Part shown: positions 16,795-26,111 of the stretch, one piece after another
Position numbering within the stretch: position 1 is the first letter of the stretch
Layout: each line of letters begins with the position of its first letter
NCBI GenBank assembly: GCA_043753995.1
Contig: JAYUVP010000065.1
Coordinates: 1-42,416 of the forward strand
Direction of reading: 5' to 3'
Length of the DNA stretch: 42,416 nt
DNA from: Fibrobacterota bacterium
Lineage (GTDB): Bacteria > Fibrobacterota > Fibrobacteria > UBA11236
Translations under genes and position numbers: made by a program
Notes under the pieces: model-generated
What the model saw: only the letters and a program-made list of their open reading frames with translations
Databases searched by the model: none
What the model was told of the DNA's origin: nothing

Positions 16795-19023
16795 ATGGAA
16801 CAAATGGAAGAGTTCGCCAAGGAATTTCTGACCGAAACCCGAGAGGGTATCGACAGGTTCGACCAAGAGCTGCTGGTGCTGGAAAAGGAGCCTCCGACTC
16901 TAGAGACCATCTCCGAAATCTTCCGCGTCGTTCATTCCATCAAAGGCGGCTGCGGGTTCCTGGGCTTCGTGAAATTGGAATCCCTGGCGCATAGCGGGGA
17001 AAACCTGCTGAGCAGCATGCGCGACGGGAAGCTCGCGCCCAGCAAAGATCTCATCACCTCCCTGTTCAAGCTGAGCGACGCCATTCGCGGAATCGTCCGA
17101 TCTATCGAGGCAGGCGATTCCGAAGGGGATCTGGACCCGGCGCCGCTGATCCGGGAATTGTCCACCTTCCAACCGGATTGGGTCGGGAAGGCGCCATCCG
17201 CCCAGCCTGTGGATGACTTTTCGGCCGTCGAGGCGGTCGCCAAGCCGAAGGAAATCTCGGAAGGCGGCGCAGGCCAGAAAGAGGGGCATGCCGCTTCGGA
17301 GCAGACCATTCGGGTGAATGTGGCCTTGCTGGACAAGCTCATGAATCTGGTCGGGGAACTGGTCCTGGTCAGGAACCAGGTATTGCGTTACTCGCAGCTC
17401 TCCGGTAACAACCAACTAACGGTGCCTTCGCAGCATCTCAACCTGCTCACCACCGAGCTGCAAGAAGGTGTGATGAAGACCCGCATGCAGCCGATCAAAC
17501 ATGTGTGGGGAAAGTTCCCCCGCATCGTTCGGGAGCTTTCCATCTCATGCGGGAAAATGGTCCAGGTGGAAATGGTCGGCGACGACACCGAGCTGGACAA
17601 AACCATTCTAGAGGCCATCAAGGATCCGCTTACTCACGTGCTGAGGAATTCCGTGGATCATGGCATCGAGGCTCCGGATATCCGCGAGGCCCAGGGGAAG
17701 CCGCGCGAGGGCAAGATCGCCCTCAAGGCCTTCCATCAAGGCGGCCAGGTCATCATTGAAATTTCCGATGATGGGGCGGGCATCGATTGCGCGCGCGTGG
17801 CGGTCAAGGCATTGGAAAAGGGTCTGATCAATCATGAGAAACTGGCCAAGATGCAGGATTGGGAATTGGCGCAGCTCATTTTCCTCCCCGGTTTTTCCAC
17901 GGCGGAAAAAATCACCACGGTTTCGGGCCGCGGCGTGGGCATGGACGTGGTCAAGACCCACATCGAAAAAATCGGCGGAGCCGTGGATCTTCTCAATCGC
18001 CCGGGATTGGGATTGACCTTGCGGATAAAAATTCCCCTCACCTTGGCCATCATCCCCGCCTTGATCGTGGAGAGTTATAACCGGCGATTCGCCATTCCCC
18101 AGATCAATGTCCTAGAAGTGGTTCGCCTGAAGAAGGCCGAATTAGCAAGCGGCATGGAGTGGTTCCAGGAAACCCCCGTGTACCGACTCAGGGGTAAATT
18201 GCTCCCCTTGGCGCGGTTGGACGGACTCTTCGAAAAGCCGGGGCCGGGCGCAAAGGACGCGAAAGTCGCGGGCTCTCCTTACCAGGGCAATTTCGTCGTA
18301 GTGCTGCAAGCAGAAAATCACCATTTCGGTATCCTGGTCCATTCGGTGCAGGATACCCAGGAAATCGTGGTGAAACCGATGAGCAAGTATCTGAAATCCT
18401 CCCTATTCGCGGGCGCCACCATCATGGGCGACGGCAAGGTGGCGCTGATCATGGACGTCCCCGGGTTGGCCCAAAGGGCCCGTTTGACCCGCGAAATGGA
18501 AGCCCGCGATGCAGCCGACTCGGGCGCAGAAGATCTAGACCGGCATAAGGTGAGCATGTTGATTGTGGAGTGTCATTCCCATGGTCTGCTGGCCATTCCC
18601 GTCGCGAACATATCCCGCTTGCAGGAAATACCCTGCTCGGCGATCGAAACCATGTCGAATGCGGAAGTATTCCAAAGCCGCGGCCGCATCCTCCCGATTT
18701 TCCGGATCAACGGAATGTTGCGGGGCGGGCGGACTCACGAGACAGATGCTTCCGTCCACGCGAATAGCGTCCTGAGCGTAGTGGTATTCAGTGAAGGAGA
18801 GCAATCCGCGGGCTTCGTGGTGGATCGGATCCTGGACATCGTGACTGTGATCCCGGAAATCCATTTGCCCTCCAGCGGTCCAGGGTTCAGGGGCAGCATG
18901 ATTATCAAAGGGAAGGCTACGGAAATCCTGGACCTGGCCGCTCTTGCCCGATCGGCGCTCCCTGCGGTATTCGCGGGACGGGAAGACTTCCATGTCTCCC
19001 AAAACCACCGAATGGACGTTTGA
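16795..19023 (+). CDS. cheA: Chemotaxis histidine kinase CheA with two C-terminal CheW-like domains
   Basis: HSIKG (P1), TIRV..LLDKLMNLVGELV (P3), RNSVDHGIE, DDGAGID and SGRGVGMDVV (P4), then two CheW-like domains. Confidence 0.96.
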   Translation: MEQMEEFAKEFLTETREGIDRFDQELLVLEKEPPTLETISEIFRVVHSIKGGCGFLGFVKLESLAHSGENLLSSMRDGKLAPSKDLITSLFKLSDAIRGIVRSIEAGDSEGDLDPAPLIRELSTFQPDWVGKAPSAQPVDDFSAVEAVAKPKEISEGGAGQKEGHAASEQTIRVNVALLDKLMNLVGELVLVRNQVLRYSQLSGNNQLTVPSQHLNLLTTELQEGVMKTRMQPIKHVWGKFPRIVRELSISCGKMVQVEMVGDDTELDKTILEAIKDPLTHVLRNSVDHGIEAPDIREAQGKPREGKIALKAFHQGGQVIIEISDDGAGIDCARVAVKALEKGLINHEKLAKMQDWELAQLIFLPGFSTAEKITTVSGRGVGMDVVKTHIEKIGGAVDLLNRPGLGLTLRIKIPLTLAIIPALIVESYNRRFAIPQINVLEVVRLKKAELASGMEWFQETPVYRLRGKLLPLARLDGLFEKPGPGAKDAKVAGSPYQGNFVVVLQAENHHFGILVHSVQDTQEIVVKPMSKYLKSSLFAGATIMGDGKVALIMDVPGLAQRARLTREMEARDAADSGAEDLDRHKVSMLIVECHSHGLLAIPVANISRLQEIPCSAIETMSNAEVFQSRGRILPIFRINGMLRGGRTHETDASVHANSVLSVVVFSEGEQSAGFVVDRILDIVTVIPEIHLPSSGPGFRGSMIIKGKATEILDLAALARSALPAVFAGREDFHVSQNHRMDV

Positions 19024-19510
19024 GGTGGCCCAATACTGCACCTTCTACCTCGGCGAGCAAACCTATGGATTGGATATCCTTTCCATCCAGGAAATCGTTC
19101 GGCTCCCGGACATCACGCCGGTTCCGGATACGCCGGCATTCGTTGCGGGGCTGATGAACCTGCGTGGCCAGATCGTCGTGGCCGTAGACCTGAGAAAACT
19201 TTTCGGGCTGCCTCCGCTTCCGCGTTCCCAGGCGCCCATCAATATCATCCTGAGTTCCAAAGAGGAATTGCTGAGCCTGCTGGCCGATCGCGCGGGCGAT
19301 GTGGTTGACTTCGGGGCCGAGGCCATGGTGCCGCCATTGAGTTTACAGAGAGGCCGGACCTCGGATTTGATCAAAGGCGTTTACAAGCTCAAGGATACCC
19401 TGCTGAACGTCCTCGACACGGAAGCCATTTTCAAAGACCGGAATGTCATGGATGCCAACGCGCTCCAACCCGATTTCGTAGGAGAAACAGATGTCCAAGA
19501 ATCCCAGTAA
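18992..19510 (+). CDS. cheW: Chemotaxis coupling protein CheW
   Basis: YCTF.L....YG, ITPVP and GLMNLRGQI motifs. Confidence 0.93.
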   Translation: MSPKTTEWTFEVAQYCTFYLGEQTYGLDILSIQEIVRLPDITPVPDTPAFVAGLMNLRGQIVVAVDLRKLFGLPPLPRSQAPINIILSSKEELLSLLADRAGDVVDFGAEAMVPPLSLQRGRTSDLIKGVYKLKDTLLNVLDTEAIFKDRNVMDANALQPDFVGETDVQESQ

Positions 19511-20963
19511 ATCGGGCCTGCTCACCAAATTCGGCGAGTCCAAAATCCACACCAAGTTGGTGACCTTGGTGGTGTTTTTCTTGGCCTCATTCATCCTCTT
19601 CGCCGGAATGGCCTGGCAGGCCGTCGAGACCGTGCGCATCCGGGGGCCGTATTACAACAATATCGTCCAGAGCAAGGATCTGATCGCCGATATCCTTCCG
19701 CCTCCGGAGTACCTGATTGAAAGCTATCTCACCGTGCTGGAAATGACCGAAGAGCCGGATCCGCAGAAGCTGGCGGCGTTGATCGAAAAGGGCAAACAGC
19801 TCAGGGTCGACTACGAGACGCGTAAGGAATTCTGGACCACGGATCTTAAGGAAGGGAAGATCAAGAACACCCTCCTGGTTGCCTCCTATGCACCTGGCAT
19901 GGAATTCCTGGAAAAGCGAGATAAAGAATTCATTCCCATGCTCTTGCGTGGAGACCGGGCGGGAGCGAAAAAACTCGCCAACACCTACCTGAAGCAGAAG
20001 TACGGGGACCACCGGGCCGCCATCGACCAGGTCGTCGCCATGTCCAACGAGAAATACAAGCAGGACGAAGACGCGGCCAGTTCCATTCTCCGGATCTACA
20101 CCCTCCTGATGTCCGGGTTCGCCGTGGCCATCATGGTCGCCATGTCCTTGTTGTGCTGGTATATCATCCGCAAGATCGCGGGCTCCCTAGTGGCAATCTC
20201 CAAGGGCCTGGACTCAGCGTCCACCAAGTTGACCGAAGTGAGCCAGCAGATGAGCGCCAACGCGGAGGAAACCTCCTCGCAAGCCACCTTGGTCTCCTCT
20301 TCAAGCCACCAGGTGAATCAGAGCGTGCAGACGGTAGCCATCGGCACCGAAGAAATGTCGGCGAGCATCCGGGAAATCTCCAAGAGCACCTCCGAGTCGG
20401 TGCGCGTGGCGGAATCGGCGGTCAAGATGGCGGAGTCCACGAACGCGGACGTCACCAAGCTGGGCGCGGGCAGCGAAGAAATCGGGGAAATCATCAACCT
20501 CATCACTTCCATCGCCGAGCAAACGAACCTGCTTGCCCTGAACGCCGCTATCGAAGCGGCAAGGGCGGGAGAAGCTGGCAAGGGATTCGCCGTGGTGGCC
20601 AATGAAGTGAAGGAGTTGGCGCGAGAAACCGCCAAGGCCACGCAGGACATCAAGCTGAAAATCCAGGCCATCCAGAACAGCACCAAGGGCGCCATCGGTT
20701 CCATTTCGGAAATCGGGAATATCATCCGGCAAATCAGCGACATCCAGACCACCATTGCCAGCGCCGTGGAGGAGCAGACGGTGACCACCAACGAGATGGC
20801 CAAGAACGTATCCGAAGCGGCCAGGGGAAGCGGCGAGATCACCAACAGCATCTCCGGGGTCGCGCAGGCCGCGCAAAGCACGGCCAACGGGGCCAGCGAC
20901 ACGAAAAAGGCCTCGGAAGAGCTGACCAAGATGCTGTCCGACCTGCAGCGATTCGTGGGATGA
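19491..20963 (+). CDS. Methyl-accepting chemotaxis protein
   Basis: Two TM helices flanking a helical periplasmic domain (ADILPPP); signalling hairpin [34 protein letters not shown]. Confidence 0.95.
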   Translation: MSKNPSKSGLLTKFGESKIHTKLVTLVVFFLASFILFAGMAWQAVETVRIRGPYYNNIVQSKDLIADILPPPEYLIESYLTVLEMTEEPDPQKLAALIEKGKQLRVDYETRKEFWTTDLKEGKIKNTLLVASYAPGMEFLEKRDKEFIPMLLRGDRAGAKKLANTYLKQKYGDHRAAIDQVVAMSNEKYKQDEDAASSILRIYTLLMSGFAVAIMVAMSLLCWYIIRKIAGSLVAISKGLDSASTKLTEVSQQMSANAEETSSQATLVSSSSHQVNQSVQTVAIGTEEMSASIREISKSTSESVRVAESAVKMAESTNADVTKLGAGSEEIGEIINLITSIAEQTNLLALNAAIEAARAGEAGKGFAVVANEVKELARETAKATQDIKLKIQAIQNSTKGAIGSISEIGNIIRQISDIQTTIASAVEEQTVTTNEMAKNVSEAARGSGEITNSISGVAQAAQSTANGASDTKKASEELTKMLSDLQRFVG

Positions 20964-22114
20964 ATTCCCCCGGAAGGAAAATCCGGGTCCTGATCGTCGA
21001 CGACTCGGTTGTTGCCTGCAGGGTCCTGAGCGAAACGCTTTCCCGCGATCCCGGCATTGAGGTCGCGGGCACGGCCTTGTCCGGCCCCATCGCCTTGAGC
21101 CAGCTCGGAACCCTAGCGCCCGACCTGGTGATGCTGGATATGGATATGCCCGTCATGGATGGGCTGCAAACCTTGCTCGAGATCAAGAAAATCAAGCCCA
21201 AGCTTCCGGTGATCATGTGCAGCGCCTTGGTCGCGCCGGGTAACCGTCATGCCATGCAGGCCTTGCTGGGAGGTGCCGCGGATTGCGTGACCAAACCCTC
21301 GGCCCATATGAACGAGGGCAGCGGTCTAGGCCCCTTCTCCAGGGAACTGCTCAGCAAGATCAAAGCGAATTTCAACCCCAAAGACAAGCCGCCCGCGGCC
21401 TCTATTCTGTCAGCGAAAGCAACTGCGACTGCGATCTCAACTGTGACCGCGACGGCGGCCCCGATACTTTCGCCTCCGATCTTTGGTAGCCTCAAATCCA
21501 TGGGCCTTCCGGAAATCCTCGCCATCGGCGTCTCCACGGGTGGGCCTCAAGCTTTGGCCGAGCTGATTCCAGGGCTTCCGGCGGACTTCCCGGTGCCCAT
21601 CGTCATCGTCCAACATATGCCGCCGCACTTCACCAAGGCCCTGTCCGACAGTGTGGGCAGCAAATCGCGCCTCAAGGTGGTGGAAGCGGTCGAAGGTTGC
21701 AGGCTGGAAAAGGGGACAGTCTGGATCGCACCCGGCGGTTCCCACATGCGGGTGGTAAAACGGAAGAGCGGCTACGAACTGGTCCTCAATTCCGATGAGC
21801 CGGAAAATTCCTGCCGTCCGTCCGTGGACGTCTTGTTCCGGTCCGTGGCCGAAGCTTTCGGCTCCAAGGTGCTCGCCGTGGTCCTCACGGGAATGGGCCA
21901 GGACGGGCTGGCGGGAGCGGAAGCCATCCGTCGCGCCGGCGGCTCCGTCTTCGTTCAGGACGAGGCCAGCAGCGTGGTTTGGGGGATGCCCGGAGCTATC
22001 GCGAAGGCAGGTTTGGCGGATAGGATTCTCCCCTTACTGGATTTGCCGATGGAAATCCAGGCCGTATTTTCCAAAAAGCCTCTGATGGCGAATCCCCCAG
22101 AACTACCGAGGTAA
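20960..22114 (+). CDS. cheB: Chemotaxis methylesterase CheB
   Basis: Receiver domain plus GVSTGGP, VQHMP, RPSVD and LTGMGQDG. Confidence 0.96.
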   Translation: MNSPGRKIRVLIVDDSVVACRVLSETLSRDPGIEVAGTALSGPIALSQLGTLAPDLVMLDMDMPVMDGLQTLLEIKKIKPKLPVIMCSALVAPGNRHAMQALLGGAADCVTKPSAHMNEGSGLGPFSRELLSKIKANFNPKDKPPAASILSAKATATAISTVTATAAPILSPPIFGSLKSMGLPEILAIGVSTGGPQALAELIPGLPADFPVPIVIVQHMPPHFTKALSDSVGSKSRLKVVEAVEGCRLEKGTVWIAPGGSHMRVVKRKSGYELVLNSDEPENSCRPSVDVLFRSVAEAFGSKVLAVVLTGMGQDGLAGAEAIRRAGGSVFVQDEASSVVWGMPGAIAKAGLADRILPLLDLPMEIQAVFSKKPLMANPPELPR

Positions 22115-22121
22115 ACCGGAT

Positions 22122-22946
22122 ATGGCCGTCACCGAAGCGGATTTCCTTTTCATTTCCAACCTTCTATACGATCGGTTGGGCATCCGCCTCGAAAAGGAAA
22201 AGGAATACCTCGTCGAGGCCCGCCTCGCCAAAGTCGCGGAAAGGGCGGGCGTGGGCGATTTGGAAAAACTCGTCCTATTGCTGAAGTCGGGCCGCCCCCC
22301 GGAAGCGGTGTTGAACGACACCCTGGAAGCGATGACGACCAACGAAACCTTTTTCTTTCGGGATACCGCGCCATTCGACGCTCTCAAGGAGAACGTTTTG
22401 CCGGTCATCGTCGCCAAGAAGCGCAACGAGAAGTCCATCAATATTTGGTCCGCCGCCTGTTCCACCGGACAGGAAGCTTTCAGCATCGCCATGACCCTCA
22501 GGGAATCCTTTCCCCACCTATCCAGTTGGAATATCCGGATCTTCGCGACCGATGTGGCCGCCAAGGTCCTGGCGAAGGCCCAGGAGGGGATTTTCAACCA
22601 GACGGAAATGAATCGCGGAGTCACTCCGCAATTGCTGGCCAAGTATTTCGTCCGGCAAGATGGGAAATGGGCAATTCGGGACGAGATCCGGAAAATGGTT
22701 TCTTTCCGGCCATTGAACCTGATCCATCCTTGGCCCCTGCTGCCGAAAATGGACATCGTATTCCTTCGCAATGTCCTTATTTACATGGATAACGACAGCC
22801 GCAAAGACATACTGGCCCGCGCCCACAAGCAATTGGAACCGGGAGGTTACCTGTTTCTCGGTGCCGCCGAATCCACCTACAACCTGTCTGAAATGTTCAC
22901 CAGGATGGACTGGAAAAGCTCCGGGTGTTTCCAGTCTGTTTTGTAA
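22122..22946 (+). CDS. cheR: Chemotaxis methyltransferase CheR
   Basis: TTNETFFFRD, IWSAACSTGQE and RNVLIY motifs. Confidence 0.96.
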   Translation: MAVTEADFLFISNLLYDRLGIRLEKEKEYLVEARLAKVAERAGVGDLEKLVLLLKSGRPPEAVLNDTLEAMTTNETFFFRDTAPFDALKENVLPVIVAKKRNEKSINIWSAACSTGQEAFSIAMTLRESFPHLSSWNIRIFATDVAAKVLAKAQEGIFNQTEMNRGVTPQLLAKYFVRQDGKWAIRDEIRKMVSFRPLNLIHPWPLLPKMDIVFLRNVLIYMDNDSRKDILARAHKQLEPGGYLFLGAAESTYNLSEMFTRMDWKSSGCFQSVL

Positions 22947-22995
22947 CGTTATCAATTTGTTTTTGGAATAGCGGTGTTTATCATCGAGGTGTATT

Positions 22996-23151
22996 ATGCT
23001 GGCAGTCGTGAAAACGCCCCATACTAATTTGCGCATCCAAGGAGACATTCCGGGGCCGGTTCTATCCGTCCTGAAGGCGCAGTACGGCAAGAAGCTCATC
23101 CTTCGGGAGGATGCGGATGATGAATCGGTCAACGTGTCGGGCCATAAGTAA
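22996..23151 (+). pseudogene. Truncated N-terminus of an XRE/HigA-like HTH antitoxin-type protein (51 aa)
   Basis: GAGGTG RBS; MLAVVKTPHTNLRIQGDIPGPVLSVLKAQYG...DDESVNV resembles, from memory, the N-terminal region of an HTH family, but it stops before any HTH. Confidence 0.5.
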
Positions 23152-23203
23152 GAATATCGCCAAAGCGCTTTCGGAACTTTTCAAGCAACCTGTGGCCCGA
23201 TTC

Positions 23204-23466
23204 CTTTAACGTTTACGCCAGTGGGGAGTGGCCTGGGAAGGCATGCGCTTTTAGCGAGGATGAGGCAGAAGTGGGGCTTATGTCCCCTGGATGCCGCACC
23301 CGCAGCTCGCAGTGAAAACCATTTTTGAGCAAGCGTAAGGAGGCATCTGCGAAGTCACGCGCCGCTCAAAAATGAGTTTGAATTGCCGACCATACACCTT
23401 ACCATGCCATTTGCGGACGCGCAATGCGAAGCATGCCCGCGCGACTCTGGCTGGGCTTTGTTGGGC
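23204..23466 (-). mobile_element. Degenerate long attC-like palindrome
   Basis: Minus strand GCCCAAC ... GTTAAAG ends, imperfect L-box pairing and an internal 11-bp IR (CATTTTTGAGC / GCTCAAAAATG). At 263 bp with an atypical spacer it is non-canonical. Confidence 0.35.
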
Positions 23467-23581
23467 GGAGTGGGCTGAGAACTTTTGGGGGCGGTATCTT
23501 CCTCTCACTAAAAAGCATGGGATTTTTGCGCAGCCACAGTGCGAGAAGTTACAGTATTCATTTGGAGGCGGTTTTGGTTTA

Positions 23582-24040
23582 TTACCATTTTCTCTGCCAG
23601 GGCGTTTTTACTTCGTTTTCAAAAGTAAAGTCAAGACATTGACAATTAGTTTCCGCAAACCCAAGAAATGATTTTCTTTTTTCATCCTCGCTTACATCAC
23701 CGCAAGAATATGTAAAGTCAATCAATTTTTCATTTCGGATCCAGTCGGGCAATAATTGCTTTTCAAATTCCGACATATCTAACTCCCTTTTGTAACAATA
23801 AGTAGACGCGGAATCACCGAAATTAGAGGCTTCACCAGTCCCCTTTCCTTTTGAAAATTTACTATCCAACTTTCTTTTGAAGCGAAATACAGAATACCTG
23901 ACTGTGCCAATTAATTCTAAGTGCACGGATTGGATTTGATTGAATTGACTCAGGAATACCTTTTCCTTAACTTTTAAATCTTCACCAAATGAAGATCCAA
24001 TTATTATTGACATGCCAATGAAAAAGGGGGCTAAATTCAT
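23582..24040 (-). CDS. AT-rich hypothetical protein, probable integron gene-cassette ORF
   Basis: 152 aa, AAGGA RBS, signal-peptide-like N-terminus, much lower GC than flanks, starts about 90 bp after an attC R' site in the same orientation. Confidence 0.65.
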   Translation of the reverse strand: MNLAPFFIGMSIIIGSSFGEDLKVKEKVFLSQFNQIQSVHLELIGTVRYSVFRFKRKLDSKFSKGKGTGEASNFGDSASTYCYKRELDMSEFEKQLLPDWIRNEKLIDFTYSCGDVSEDEKRKSFLGFAETNCQCLDFTFENEVKTPWQRKW

Positions 24041-24123
24041 TTCTTTTCCTTTTTAATCAATTTTTCGTAGTAAAACTTTGCATTCAACTGCAAAGCCCCA
24101 TCTCTACCCACCTTGGCTAGTCC

Positions 24124-24262
24124 GCATAACGTCATGCTAACTTGCGAGCGAGGGTGAGGAGAGCGCCTGCGAAGCAGAAACGAACCGAACGTACCTGCGC
24201 GTCTTTCGCGTAAGCGAAAGACGCGCAGGCCGAGCATCGTCAAGTTGTGCACGTTGTTATGC
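24124..24262 (-). mobile_element. Integron attC recombination site
   Basis: Minus strand reads R'' GCATAAC, 5 nt, L'' GCACAACT, variable region, L' AGTTAGC, 5 nt, R' GTTATGC. Contains a perfect 16-bp hairpin at 24194-24229. Confidence 0.82.
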
Positions 24263-24540
24263 GGCTGCGCAGAAACCTTCGGGGCTTCTCGGACTATCAT
24301 ATAGTTTTGCCAAGGAACGGAATACCAAATCGCTTACTACTTAGAGTATTCGACAGCGCAATGGCTTTAGTGATTTGGTTTTCTGTCTTTATCACGTTGT
24401 GTTTAAAATAGTTTTTGTTGATCGTTTTGACTGAAGCAATGCATCCCGACCCCAAAAATTAAAATACCTTTGGCCCATTACGCCTAACTCATACTTAGGG
24501 AGTTATGGACATCGCATTTCTAATCGTAAATCGCGCCCCC

Positions 24541-24648
24541 CGCTTCTCTTCGGGGGAAGGTGAGGCCGACAAGTGCGACGGAGCAACGCGGGCCGAGCCT
24601 GGGGGGCGCTTGGGAAGCCCGGAACGAGAGGCTGAGCCCCCCTGAAAA
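24541..24648 (+). repeat. Dispersed structured intergenic repeat, copy 4
   Basis: Same core. Downstream flank GAAAACCTAGGTGAAGATCC resembles copy 1 GAATACAGGGTAAAGATTCC. Confidence 0.92.
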
Positions 24649-24703
24649 CCTAGGTGAAGATCCGGTATCTGTTGCTTGAATATTATTACAGAAAATAAAG
24701 TGC

Positions 24704-25672
24704 TTACTTCGACACGGCGTCGCCCGGAATGAATTTCATTCCCTCGCAATAAAGATCGGCGGTGGTCCTCAAGACCATGTCGGAATTGGGCTGGGAGCCG
24801 CTAGTCTCCAGTCGGAAAATGCCGAGACCGGTGAATTCGATGGTGGCCAGCACTTCGCGGCGATTGGGGGAGAGAAATTCCAACCGACCTTTTCTTTCTT
24901 CTTGGGGACCATGCTTGCCTTGGATGACGAAGGACTCAAACCAATCCTGCCAAGTCTGGGAAGACGCGCTGCTCAGGGTGATTTTCAGGTTGGGGAAATC
25001 CATTTTGCCGGGCTCACGGTAATAATCGCGAGTCTCCCCGGCCTTGGCCTCTGGCAAGACATGCTTCACGGTGAAGGACTCGATGCGGGCGATATGGGTG
25101 CAGTCCAGGCCGTCTAGGGTGAGACGAAAATTGGCCGACAACCACGCCCTCTCCTGGGTCACTCCCACGTTACTGGGTGAATTGCCCGAGCCTTTGACTT
25201 GCTGGGTGTATTCGGGCTTGAATTTGACGGTAAGGTTGCCTGGTTCTCGGCTGGAGCCGTCGCAAGCCGGCACGGTGGTTTCCGTGATGACGGCATTGAA
25301 AAATTCGCGCCTGAACTTGGTTTGCATCTGGTGGTCGGAGATGACGATGGCGCCATTCATGGGCTGAGAATTCTTGTTCCAGACCGAGGCAATCCAGTTG
25401 CTAAGGTCCGGGTCGGATGCGCCTATTCCGAATTGGATCTGAAAGGGCTCATAAATAGATCGGCCCAGTTGCTTGTCGGACTGTTGGCCGCCTTGGGCGA
25501 CGTCTTGCACTTCGGCAGTGATGGCGCCTCCTGCTACGCTTTTCAGAAAACCGACATGGCTGCCGTCCAACTCAAGGGCAAAGTTTGAAGCGGCATAAGC
25601 GCGCTGAGCATTCGTTTCGAGGGTCAGGCTCGCAAGGGCCAAGAAGGCGAGGGCAGGGATGGATTTCTGCAT
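24704..25672 (-). CDS. Signal-peptide-bearing protein with two tandem phage tail-tube (T4 gp19/Afp1-like) domains
   Basis: AGGAG RBS before ATG 25672; MQKSIPALAFLALASLTLETNA signal peptide; two repeats beginning NFALELDG and NFRLTLDG with gp19-like G..(Y/F)..(F/L).I, W and G.(I/L) patterns. Confidence 0.78.
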   Translation of the reverse strand: MQKSIPALAFLALASLTLETNAQRAYAASNFALELDGSHVGFLKSVAGGAITAEVQDVAQGGQQSDKQLGRSIYEPFQIQFGIGASDPDLSNWIASVWNKNSQPMNGAIVISDHQMQTKFRREFFNAVITETTVPACDGSSREPGNLTVKFKPEYTQQVKGSGNSPSNVGVTQERAWLSANFRLTLDGLDCTHIARIESFTVKHVLPEAKAGETRDYYREPGKMDFPNLKITLSSASSQTWQDWFESFVIQGKHGPQEERKGRLEFLSPNRREVLATIEFTGLGIFRLETSGSQPNSDMVLRTTADLYCEGMKFIPGDAVSK

Positions 25673-26111
25673 GGGGGACTCCTGTTTCCGCTCATTCACT
25701 GGCGGCGTGAGGCAAACATATCCCAATCCTCGCTCCGCATCTGTGATGGCGGTCACAGGGTGACCGTTGCATTGTCTTGTCCGTCGTGGACTCCACAACT
25801 AAAACGCGCGCCCGATTATAGGTGCATAGCTCAATCAATCCACTATTCCGATTTTTCCGCTTGGCCGGAAACCAGATATTCAGTAGTTACGTCACCCTAT
25901 ATATTTTTATGCGTTTCTTTTTCCACCTTCTCCTGCGACTCCGGAATGATTCGCTTGTGCCACTTGCTATTGGAAGCCAATACGCCGAAGGCGCAAGGGT
26001 TGCGCGGCGATCGGCTCGGAAATGCGGAAGGAACTATATTCTATACGTCGCGCTTCAAAACATTTTTCAATCCTATTTCGGCAACGTGCAATTCGTTGAA
26101 GAGGTACTCTC

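Noticed and set aside
16028..23132. Long antisense and alternate-frame ORFs over the chemotaxis genes, and similar ones at 9424..10113 and 30476..31285
   Set aside because: Shadow ORFs expected in GC-rich coding DNA, overlapping well-supported genes.
24037..24300. 87 aa ORF across the attC site
   Set aside because: It reads through the palindromic attC, so it is most likely spurious.
24704..25798. Prophage, eCIS or T6SS locus around the tail-tube gene, and the longer 364 aa ORF
   Set aside because: No other structural, lysis or integrase genes were recognised. The RBS and signal peptide support the start at 25672.
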